Positions 35,737-47,061 of a stretch of DNA of 64,000 bases are shown here, one piece after another (position 1 is the first letter of the stretch; each line of letters opens with the position of its first letter). This DNA is from Azolla caroliniana. Lineage: Eukaryota; Plantae; Polypodiophyta. Below the pieces are notes generated by a model. The model saw only the letters and a list, made by a program, of their open reading frames with translations. It was not told the origin of the DNA and searched no databases. The stretch lies in NCBI GenBank assembly GCA_043228905.1, contig JBHGNT010000020.1, forward strand, positions 992,001-1,056,000, given 5' to 3'. Made by a program: the position numbers and the translations under genes.

Positions 35737-38427
35737 GAGTCCAACGGTTAGGATAATTCCTTTTGAAGCAATAGACCCGAGTTCAACTCTCGACAATCGC
35801 ATACCGTGTTATTTCAAACAGTACTCACGATCTAAAAGAGAGTTTCATTAGTCGAGTCTAAAAAGTCTCGAACAAATTGAATTCCTATAAATATTTGTTC
35901 CAAAAACGGTTTCTCTAAACTAGTTTCATTTTTATCTTATAAGAAAGTTACGGTGACCTTTTGTTGGCTCACTATAAAACATGGTATGAGATATTGGACT
36001 CAGGTTGATATGAGATATTTGTGCGGCTATAGCCCTACAATTAGGCTATTTTCCTTGAAAGCAATAGCCCACATTTTAATATTCCACAAGACCACGCTAT
36101 GTCCTTTAGAGCAGTATTTCAAGTGGATAAACAAAATATATTCGATTAGATTCGAGAATATAAATTCGCTGAATGAGTTTCGTAACTAGATTGTTCGCTC
36201 ATGTATAGGACTAACATTTATATGCGACTACTCAACAATAATTTTATCTAGTATATTTTTTGTTTTTGACAAACTTCCATTGGAAGTAGGTTCAAATTGC
36301 AAGGAATAGACCCGAGTTCAACTCTCAGCAAGCGCATACCATGTTATTTCAACCAGTACTCACGATCTAAAAGAGAAATCTATTCAAGTCCCTTTGATAA
36401 TATCACGTTCTTTGAGAGTTTCATTAACAGAGTCTAAAAAGTCACGAACAAATTGAATTCCTAGAAATATTTGGTCCAACAACGGTTTCTCTAAACTACT
36501 TTCATTTTTATCTTATTAGAATGTTAGGTTCACCTTTTGCTCGCTCACACAAAACATGGTAAAGATTATGAACTCAGGTTTGATATGAGATATTTGTGTG
36601 GCTTTAGCCCTAGAATTAGGATAATTTCATTCAGAGTAAAAGCCCACGTTTCAATATTCTGCAAGCGCACGTTATGTCCTTTAGAGCGGTACTTCAATAG
36701 GATAAAGAAAATCTATTCCATTCGGTTCGAGAATATAAAATTGCTAGATGAGTTTCATAACTAGATTGTAAGAACACGAGAACAAATGGAATTAATCTGA
36801 TGCTTAGGTCAAACAAATTGTTTTTGTGGACTTTTTTCATTTCTATGCGAGAAGAAAGTAAGGCTCACTATCTGTTAACTCCATTATAGGACTCACATTT
36901 ATATGCGACTACTCAACAATAATTTTATCGTGTAGATTTTTCTTATTGGATAAACTTCCCTTGGAAGCAGGTTTTAATTGTGCTTATAGTCCAACGGTTA
37001 GGATAATTCCCTTCGAAGCAATAGACCCGAGTTGAACACTGGGCAAGCGCATACCGTGTTATTTCAACCAGTACTCACGAGCTATAAGAGAGTTTCATTA
37101 GTAGAAAACGGTATTTGGTTCAAATACAGTTTCTCTAAACTAGTTTCGTTTTTATCTTATATGAAACTTACGGTCACCTTTTCCTCGCTTACATAAAACA
37201 TGGTATGAGATATTGGACTCACGTTGATATGAGATATTTGTGCGGCTATAGCCCTACAATTAGGCTATTTTCCTTGAAAGCCATAGCCCACATTTTAATA
37301 TTCCGCAAGACCACGCTATGTCCTTTAGAGCGGTATTTCAATTGGATAAACAAAATCTATTCGATTAGATTCGAAAATATAAAACTGCTGGATGAGTTTT
37401 ATAAGTAGATTGTAAGAACTCGAGAACAAATTGAATTAATCTGATGCTTAGCTTAAACAAGTTGTTTTTGTAGATAGGACACAATTTTAAATGCCACAAC
37501 TCAACAATAATTTTATCTTCTCTATATTTTGTTTATTCGCACATGTATAGGATACAATTTTATATGCGACTCCTCAACAATAATTTTATCTTGTATATTT
37601 CTTGTTTTTAACAAACTTCCCTTTGAAACAAGGTTATATTGCGCTTGTAGTCCAACGGTTAGGATACTTTGCTTCGAAGCAATAGACCAGATTTCAACTC
37701 TTGGTAAGTCCATACCATATTATTTCAACCAGTACTCACGAGCTAAAAGAGAAATCTATTCAAGTCCCTTTGATAATGTCACGTTCTTCGAGAATTTCAC
37801 AAGCAGAAGTAAAAAGTCTCCAACAAATTGAATTCCTATAAATATTTGCTCCAAAAACGGTTTGACTAAACTAGATTCGTTTTTATCTGATAAGAAAATT
37901 CGGGTGACCTCTTGCTCGCTCACATAAAACATGGTAAAGATTAAGAACTCATGTTTGATATGAGATATTTGTGCGGCTTTAGCCCTACAATTAGGATATT
38001 TTTCTCAAAAACAATAACCAACGTTTCAATATGCTGCAAGCGCAAGCTATGTCCTTTAGAGCGGTATTTCAATTGGATAAACTAAATCTATTCGATTCGA
38101 TTCGAGAATATAAAATTGCTCTATGAGTTTCATAAATAGATTGTAGGAACACAAGATCAAATTGAGTTAATCTGATGCCTAGCTTAAACAAGCTATTGTT
38201 GTGGAGTTTCTTGATTTGTATGCGAGAAGAAAGTAAGGCTCAGTATTTATTCGCACAGGTATAGGACTCCCATAATTATGCGACTACTCAATCATAATTT
38301 TATCTTGTATATTTTTTTGTTTTCGATGAACTTCCATTGGAAACAAGTGGAAATGGCGCTTGTAGCCCAATGGTTAGGATAATTGCCTTCCAAACAATAG
38401 ACCCGAGTTCAACTCTCGGCAAGCGCA
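35737..38427 (+). pseudogene. Degenerate tRNA-Gly copies at ~35737 (5' truncated), ~36299 (internal deletion), 36980, 37641, 38356
   Basis: Recognisable tRNA remnants within array units. Confidence 0.78.
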
Positions 38428-39067
38428 TACCATCTTAGTTTAACTAGTACTCACAATTTAAAAGACAAATCTATTCAAGTCCTTTTGATAATGTCACGGT
38501 CTTCGAGAGTTTCATTAGCACAGGTTAAAAAGTCTCCAATAAATTGAAGTCCTATAAATATTTGGTCCAGAAACGGTTTTAATAAACTAGATTCGATTTT
38601 ATCTTATAAGAAAATTAGGGTCAACTTTTGGTCGCTCACATAGATCATAGAAAACATTAAGGACTCAGGTTTGATATGAGATATTTGTGTAGCTTTAGCC
38701 GTACAATTAGGATTATTATTTTTAAAGCAATAACCAACGTTTCAATATTCCGCAAGCGCAAGCTCTATCGTTTAGAGCGGTAATCGAATTGGATAAACAA
38801 AATGCATTCGATAGATACGAGAATATAAAATTGTTCAATGGCTTTCATAAGTTGATTGTAAGAACATGAATCATATTGAATTAATTTGATGAGTAGCTTA
38901 CATAGGTTATTTTTGAGGATTTCCTTCATTTGTATGCGAGAAGAAAGTAAGGTTCAGTTTTTATTCGCACAGGTATAGGACTCCCATAATTATGTGACTA
39001 CTCAACAATAATTTTATCTTGCCTATTTTAAGTTTCTGATAAGCTTCCACAGAAGTAGATGGAAATT

Positions 39068-39139
39068 GCGCTTGTAGTCCAACGGTTAGGATAATTGCCT
39101 TCCAAGCAATAGACCCGAGTTCAACTCTCGGCAAGCGCA
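39068..39139 (+). tRNA. trnG-UCC: tRNA-Gly(UCC), perfect consensus copy
   Basis: Identical to 219-290 although it lies 39 kb away in a more diverged unit. Confidence 0.9.
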
Positions 39140-39782
39140 TACCATGTTATTTCAACCAGTACTAACGATATAAAAGAGAAATCTATTCAAGTCCCTTTGA
39201 TAATGTCAGGTTCTTCGAGACTTTCGTTAGCAGAGGTTAAAAAGTGTCCAACAAATTTAAGTCCTATAAATATTTGGTCCAAAAACGGCCTTTAGAAACT
39301 AGGTTTGTTTTTATCTTGTAAGAAACTTAGGTTCACATTTTGGTCGCTCACATAGAACATAGAAAACATTAAGGCTTCATGTTTCATATGAGATATTTGT
39401 GCGGCTTTAGCCGTACACTTTGGATATTTTTTTTGAAACCAATAACCAACGTTTCAATATTCCGCAAGCGCATGTTTTGTCCTTTAGAGCGGTACTCGAA
39501 ATGAATACGTAAAATCTATTCGATGACATTGGAGAATCTAAAATTGTTGGATGACTTTCATAAGTAGATTGTAAGAACACGAGATCAAATTGAATTAATC
39601 TGATGATTAGCTTACATAGGTTGTTTTGGTGCATTTCTTTCATTTGTATGCGAGAAGAAAGTAAGGTTCAGTTTTTATTCGCACAGGTATACAACTCCCA
39701 TAATTATGCGACTACTCAACAATAATTTTATCTTGCGTATTTTAAGTTTTTAATAAGCTTCCATTGAAAGTAGATGGAAATT

Positions 39783-41259
39783 GCGCTTGTAGTTCAACGG
39801 TTAGGATAATTCCCTTCCAAGCAATAGACCCGAGTTCAACTCTCGGCAAGCGCATACCATGTTATTTCAACCAGTACTTACGATATAAAAGAGAAATCTA
39901 TTCAAGTCCCTTTGATACTGTCAGGTTCTTCGAGACTTTCATTAGCAGAGGTTAAAAAGTCTCCAACAAATTGAAGTCCTATAAATATTTGGTCCAAAAA
40001 CGGCTTTTAGAAACTAGGTTTGTTTTTATCTTATAGGAAACTTAGGGTCACATTTTGGTTGCTCACATAGAACATAGAAAACATTAAGGCTTCATGTTTC
40101 ATATGAGATATTTGTGCGGCTTTAGCCGTACACTTTGGATATTTTTTTTGAAACCAATAACCAACGTTTCAATATTCCGCAAGTGCATGTTTTGTCCTTT
40201 AGAGCGGTACTCGAAATGAATACGTAAAATCTATTCGATGACATTGGAGAATCTAAAATTGTTGGATGACTTTCATAAGTAGATTGTAAGAACACGAGAT
40301 CAAATTGAATTAATCTGATGATTAGCTTACATAGGTTGTTTTGGTGCATTTCTTTCATTTGTATGCGAGAAGAAAGTAACGTTCAGTTTTTATTCGCACA
40401 GGTATAGGAGTCCCATAATTATGCAACTACTCAACAATAATTTTATCTTGCCTATTTTAAGTTTTTAATAAGCTTCCACAGAAGTAGATGGAAATTGCGC
40501 TTGTAGTCCAACGATTAGGATAATTGCCTTCCAAGCAATAGACCCGAGTTCAACTCTTGGCAAGCGCATACCATGTTATTTCAACCAGTACTCACGATCT
40601 AAAAGAGAAATCTATTCAAGTCCCTTTCGTAATGTTACGTTCTTCGAGAGTTTCATTAGCAGAGGTTAAAATGTCTCCAACAAATTGATGTCCTATAAAT
40701 ATTTTGTGCAAAAACGATTTTAATAATGAAACTTAGGGTCACCTTTTGGTCGCTCTGATAAAACATAGAAAACATTAAGGACTCAGGTTTGATATGAGAT
40801 ATTTGTGCGGCTTTAGCCGTACCATTAGGATATTTTTCTTGAAACCAATAACCAACGTTTCAATATTCCGCAAGCGCAAGCTATGTCCTTTAGAGCGGTA
40901 GTCGAATTGGATAGACAAAATGTATTGGATAGATTCGAGAATATAAAATTGTTCAATGACTTTCATAAGTAGATTGTAAGAACACAAGATCAAATTGAAT
41001 TAATCTGATGATTAGCTTATATAGATTGTTTTCGTGGATTTCTTTTATTTGTATCCGAAAAGAAAGTAAGGTTCAGTTTTTATTCGCACAGGTATAGGAC
41101 TCCCATAATTATGCAACTACTCAACAATAATTTTACCTTGCGTATTTTAAGTTTTTCATAAGCTTCCACTAGAAGTAGATGGAAATTGCACTTGTAGTCC
41201 AACGGTTAGGATAATTGCCTTCCAAGCAATAGATCCGAGTTCAACTCTCGGCAAGCGCA
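39783..41259 (+). pseudogene. tRNA-Gly(UCC) variants at 39783, 40497, 41188 (two substitutions each)
   Basis: Full length, anticodon TCC, 2 changes each in stems or the D loop. Confidence 0.65.
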
Positions 41260-41635
41260 TACCATGTTATTTCAAGCAATACTTACGATATAAAAGAGAA
41301 ATCTATTCAAGTCCCTTTGATAATGTCAGGTTCTTTGAGACTTTCGTTAGCAGAGGTTAAAAAGTGTCCAACAAATTTAAGTCCTATAAATATTTTGTCC
41401 GAAAACGGATTTTAGAAACTAGGTTTGTTTTTATCTTATAAGAAACTTAGGGTCACATTTTAGTCGCTCACATAGAACATAGAAAACATTAAGGACTCAT
41501 GTTTGATATGAGATATTTGTGCGGCTTTAGCCGTACAATTTGGATATTTTTCTTGAAAGCAATAACCAACGTTTCAATATTCCGCAAGCGCAAGCTATGG
41601 CCTTTAGAGTTGTTCTTGAATTGGATAAACGAAAT

Positions 41636-44600
41636 GTTCTCCTGACTCGAGACGGCTCAGGTAGTCAGCTACGACATGTTGGACTCCGGGCCGGTGCTGG
41701 ATCTGAAAATCAAACTCTTGTAGCAAGAGCATCCATCGGGCCAGATGACCTATGAGAGCCTGCTTATCAACCAAGAAGAGGAGAGCCAAGTGATCGACGT
41801 GGAATGTGAACTTCCGGCCCAAGAGGGAATGCCGGAACGTGTTGATGTTGTAGACCATACCGAGGGCCTCACGTTCCGTTGTTGAGTAGTTCTTCTCTAC
41901 GGCCGAGAGTCGTTGGCTAGCGTAATACACTAGCCGGTACCATTTTGGTGGTGTCCACTGCATGAGCGCGTTGCCTATGGCTATATCTGATGCGTCTACG
42001 AAGACGTGAAAGGTTCCACCCAGACTGGTGGATGTACAACAGGGGTGTGGGTGAGCATTAACTTCAAGTCTTGGTATGCCTCGTCTTCTATTGAAGACCA
42101 CTGGAATGGAAGTCGTTGCACCACCACGTGTAATGGAGTCGTGAAATCGGCCAGGTGTTGTAACATTCGGCTATGCCATCTGATCTGGCCCACGAATCGA
42201 CTCAGAGCCTTCACGGTAGAGGGTGTGGGAGCATTCAGAATGGCATGCACTTTATCTGGGTCCATGGCGATACCTTCCTGGCTGACAATGTGCCCGAGTA
42301 GGTTGCCGCTTGTCACCAAAAACGTGCATTTTGCCAGATTTGAGCTCAACCGAGCTTGTCGACATCGCTCGAGACAGAGGCGTAGCTGGGTCATATGCTC
42401 TAGCCGCTGGCCATACACGGCAAAGTCGTCGAGGAACACTTGCATGAACGTTGGGATATACTCATTGAAAATCTCTGTGATGATGCGTTGGAATGTGGTC
42501 GGTGCCGTTTTTAATCCGAACATCATTACCTAGGCCACGAAGACACCCCATTCCGTGACAAACGTCGTTTTCTCCTGATCGTCCGGGTGCATTCTGATTT
42601 GATTATAGCCACTGAACCCATCGAGGAAACTGTAGCATTCATGACCAGCCACCGTGTCGAGGACACTATCCGTGAACGGAAGAGGAAACCCACCCATGAC
42701 TGTCGCGGCATTGAGTTTGCGGTAATCAACTCAAACGCGGATTTTCCTATTTTCCTTGGGGACGATGACGATTGGGCTTAACCATGTGGCTCTTTTTACT
42801 GTGCGTATAAAGCCTACTCGAAGGAGTTTGTCGATTTCCTCTTTGACCTTAGCCGCGTAGTTGGGGTTCTTACAGTACCGTCATTGTTGAATCGGCCGAG
42901 TGTCCGGCAAGAGGTGTACTTGGTGTTGGTAAAATTGGGGATCCAATCCCTTCATATCAATGTAAGACCATGCGAATACATCCTGATACTCCGTGAGCAG
43001 GCGTATCAAGGCTAACCGTTCGTCGGCTGGTAAGTTATTAGCGATTTGTAGTGTACGTGGGTTCTCATCGGAGCTGAGGTTCAGTGACTCAAGCATTGAT
43101 GCTTTGACTCGTTGGGAGATGGCGAGTTCTCGTTCAAACGCGTCCCGAGCTTGTCGTAATTCTGCGATAGTTGTGGAATCGGCCTCGTCCTAGGGAAATG
43201 AATCTATCGTGACATCCTCATCTGGTGGTGTACTGAAACCCGAGAGGGCGTTTATTTCAAAGAGTGGTATGATAGTGGGATGATCTTCTAGGAAGTCATC
43301 CACCTCCTCATCAGCTAAGCCGTCGAGCATGTGTACCCCTTCCGCGTATAAGGGTGTGGTGTTGTGGAGCGTGATTAGGCGTTCTTCTGTTATTACCCGT
43401 TCCTTGGTCTCCCCCCGACGGAAAGAGATCATATTCCATTGCCAATGTTGTTTAATATTTGTTGTGCGTAGCTAGGGTCGGGCAAGCAGCATTGGGTAAG
43501 CGCACAGAGCTTCAAGGCATAACACGACTGCCGAGATAGTGAACATGTGGCCGCCTAACATGAAATCAAGGTGGCGGATTAACCCGATGGGGTGAACCGA
43601 TCGCATATCGGCCATCCGAAGCCAAAAGGGGCAAGGTTCCCATTGGTTCAGACCGAGTGTGTGACATGTGGCCTCGCTGATGACATTCACGCCGGAGCCA
43701 CCGTCAATTATGCATCCATGAAGGTTGCGTCCTTTAATCATGATTTTCACGGCTACATTCTAGGAATCCATGATGGGTGGGCATGTCTCTGGTTCTGTCA
43801 GGTTAATAGGGGGTGCGACCGATTTGTCATTAGTCATGAGCGTAGCCAAGGTATCCCGAAAGCGCGGCCTGAGCGGTAAAAGCTTATGCACGAGAACTAG
43901 TAAGGGCTTCCCACAGATGGTCATCTTCTGTCAGAGTGGATGCACTTGCGGTGGTGCGCCGATGGTCACGCCCTACATCTCTATGTGCATCCGTTCCACA
44001 TTGCTTTTATTGGCGGTTTCAATCCATTCCTTGGCTGCTTGTTAGACGTCATCTTGTTCTTGCCATTGGCTAGCTTGGGTCTTGCTACATGTAGTGACGT
44101 GTTGAACGTCGGCCATAATAGTATTCACAACTGGGGCCTTGGCGCGGTCCGTGGTTGGGCATTGGGTAGCGTAGTGGCCGGGTTGGTTACACTTAAAGCA
44201 GGTAACGGATGCCAAGTTGCTGGTGTCACCGTGCTCCATGTGAGGGAAAGGTTGTGAGTGGTTCTCGGCCGCTTCTGTAAGCGTGTTGGCCCGTGGCGCA
44301 TTGTGCATGATGTTTGGAGGGGGGTCCCAATGACGATTGTCGTTCTGCCGTCGATTGTTTCGCGAACCTCTGTAAGAGTTTCTTCTATCGTTTCGTGACT
44401 ACCGGTCATCCCAGTTGTCGTCGTACCGGTCATACTCATTGTTTGCTCTATATTGGTCATCGTGGTCTTGGTCACGGCGGTCGTTCGATCTCCTGCGGTC
44501 GTCGTCGCGGCGGTAGTTGTAGTCACGACGCCAACGATCTGGGGATCGTGGTCACTCGTTCTCCCGATGTCGGTATGATTGACGTTCTTCTTGCCATGAG

Positions 44601-45555
44601 TAAGTATTTCGAGGCTCGATCTAGCAAACCAGAGCCGTTGTTGTGTGGTTGAGCATGTTTTATTCGCATTGTTCGACCGTGTGGGATTGAGAGTTACAGA
44701 TTGGACAATGTGGCTGGTGAGGGCACTTGAGAGCCAAATGGCCTAAGCTCGAATAGGCTATGCATTGGAGGGTATGTCGAAACTGGTTGTCCTCCTGAGG
44801 AATAGTGCTTTGCAAAAGAGCCCATGGAGAAAGTCGTGGTATGCTGTGTCCGATCAATGGCAAGGACGCGTGCGATGACTTGCTCGATTGTTTGGTTCGA
44901 GAAATTGGTAAGTGCGAGAGTTGTCCGTAGAGGCTCCCGTAGACTGGAAAGGAAGGTATCCGGAATGTGATGAGCAGAGACATCATCGTCCAGTTGTCGG
45001 TAGAGATCCTGAAACCGGATCGTGAATTGGTTGACCGTCTCGTGAGGTTCTTGGCTCATGGAAAAGAACTTCACGGTGAAATAATTCTAGAAACTTTGTT
45101 TGGACGTCCTGGAACATTGTGACCTCCCCCACGTCAAAGCGGGAATACCATCGAGCAACCGGTCCATCGAGGGATAGAGCAAATTCCGAGATTTTGGAGG
45201 ACTCGATTTCGGCAGCCGATAACCACTGCGTCGAGTGGTTGGCCTGCCATGTGGACACGAAAGCACCGATGTGTGATTCCGCATCAGGGCCGTCTGTATA
45301 TTGTGGGAAAGGGTAAGGCATAGTATCGAGATCCGGGTCTTCAAGTAAAGCCGGAAAAGGGTTAGGGTTAGGTTGGGTGACCTCTAGAGGGCTTGGCGGG
45401 GAGGTCGGTGCAAAATCAACTCGCGACTGGGTATCGGGTGGCGAGGATTGCAACCGGTGAGCCTCTAATAGTTCCTCGAAAGATTGTTCTATAACCGCCG
45501 AGTCGGAAGTTCCTTCGACTGGCTTAGGGCATCGGGCAGGTGGCCGAAACCGCAT
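41636..45555 (-). pseudogene. Gypsy gag-pol pseudogene
   Basis: Broken into ORFs 44983-45555, 44694-45074, 44042-44308, 43472-43750, 42881-43096, 41996-42526 and 41604-42101 by stops and frameshifts. Confidence 0.9.
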
Positions 45556-46131
45556 GATGCGATTGGGCGCCGTAATGGCGGTTGGGGTTTGCCTCCTACG
45601 TAGTTCGTTGTGACCTTACAGTTGTAACCGAGCATGCCAAATTGTGTTAACTGTTTCTGGGGAAACACCTTCGATGAGCCCACAGGCTATCGGTATGAAG
45701 GGATCGTGTTACGTGGAAGCCTCTTTTACACTGAGAAGACGATATGAGAACGAGGAGCGTGCATGGGCTACAACCCGTTAAGCATAGACGTAGCTTGGTT
45801 GCGAGTACCGGGGAGAACACACCAATGAAGGAATAGTAAGAGCGAGTTCTATATTAAATGAAAAGCTCACAACGATTATAGTACCCGGCGCTCGGCCGGA
45901 AACAGGTTGTGCAGACCTCAATGCTACAATACTAAACTTCCTAAATAATCTATAGCATCTCCCTTTGAGGTACGCATATCTCAGGTTATATAGTTTTCCT
46001 CTTCAGACAGAGCCGAGCCATCGGCTGATTGTGAGGGATAAAGACTTGACTATTTCTAGTTCTACCTATTTCCTTGTTGGGAGACAAGTCCCTCCGGATG
46101 GGAAGGGAGAAGAATAGTGCTTATGAACAAA

Positions 46132-46563
46132 CCGGATGAAGAGTACCTGGCTACGGAGAGCCGGATGATACAGACCCGGTGAAGACCGGATAAGGAGTAC
46201 CCGGCTACGGAGAGCCGGATGGTACAGACCCGGTGAAGACCGGATGAGGAGTACCCAGCTACAGAGAGCCGGATGGTGCAGACCCGGTGAAGACCGGATG
46301 AGGAGTACCCGGCTACGGAGAGCCGGATGGTGCAGACCCGGTATGAACCGGATAAGGAGTACCCGGCTACGGAGAGCCGGATGGTACAGACCCGGTGAAG
46401 ACCGGATGAGGAGTACCCGGCTACGGAGAGCCGGATGGTACAGACCCGGTGAAGACCGGATGAGGAGTACCCAGCTACAGAGAGCCGGATGGTGCAGACC
46501 CGGTGAAGACCGGATGAGGAGTACCCGGCTACGGAGAGCCGGATGGTGCAGACCCGGTATGAA
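46132..46563 (+). repeat. 8 x 54-bp tandem repeat in the Copia II 5' LTR
   Basis: Unit ccggatgaggagtacccggctacggagagccggatggtgcagacccggtgaaga; only 4 units in the 3' LTR. Confidence 0.95.
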
Positions 46564-47061
46564 CCGGATGAAGAGACATATTCGTAAATATGTTTTTGAG
46601 AGTCCATCGAGGCTATATTTATAAATAGCCGAAAATTCATATTAGTATAAATATGACTTAGGGCAAACTTTTAGATGACTGTTGGAATAGTGGTTGTCAT
46701 TCTTGTTGGTGCAAGAATAGAGTGAGCGCGTAACAGTGTAGAGAGAGAGAGAGAGAGAAAGAGATCGTTGCCTCTGTTGTAACCGTCACCTGTGGCAAGG
46801 ATCGTGAGCACGAGGTCGTTGCCTCCGTGAACTCACTGTTGTACAATCTAGCATAGTGATAGTTTGCAGCCTGTGGGCTGCCGTGGTTTTTCCCTCTTTG
46901 GGTTTTCCACGTAAACATCTTGTGTACCTTTTCTCTGCTTTGTGTCGTGCATTTACTTCCTGTTTTCTGTGTATGATTCTAAGCTCGGTTTTGGCCGAGC
47001 GTTGCGTATAGGGAGCGTTTGAGCCCTTGTCAAGTGGTATCAGAGCGAAACAACACAGAAA

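Larger units (their letters stand above)
1..41635 (+). repeat. Tandem array of a ~713-bp unit containing tRNA-Gly(UCC) (about 50 tRNA copies), interrupted by LTR elements; continues off the left edge
   Basis: tRNA starts at 219, 915, 1628, 2341, 3193, 3905, 4618, 5331, 6044, 6756, 7469 (period mostly 712-713) and on to 41188. Spacer motifs recur in every unit, e.g. ctccaacaaattga, aggactcaggtttgatatgagatatttgtgcggc, ttcatttgtatgcgagaagaaagtaagg. Confidence 0.97.

Noticed and set aside
467-41000. Recurring 60-100-aa ORFs (MRVIQQFYILES..., ...CACSPTVRIIAFQAIDPSSTLGKR...) as a peptide gene family
   Set aside because: They are translations of the satellite or tRNA itself. They open and close at random between copies and have no recognisable domain.
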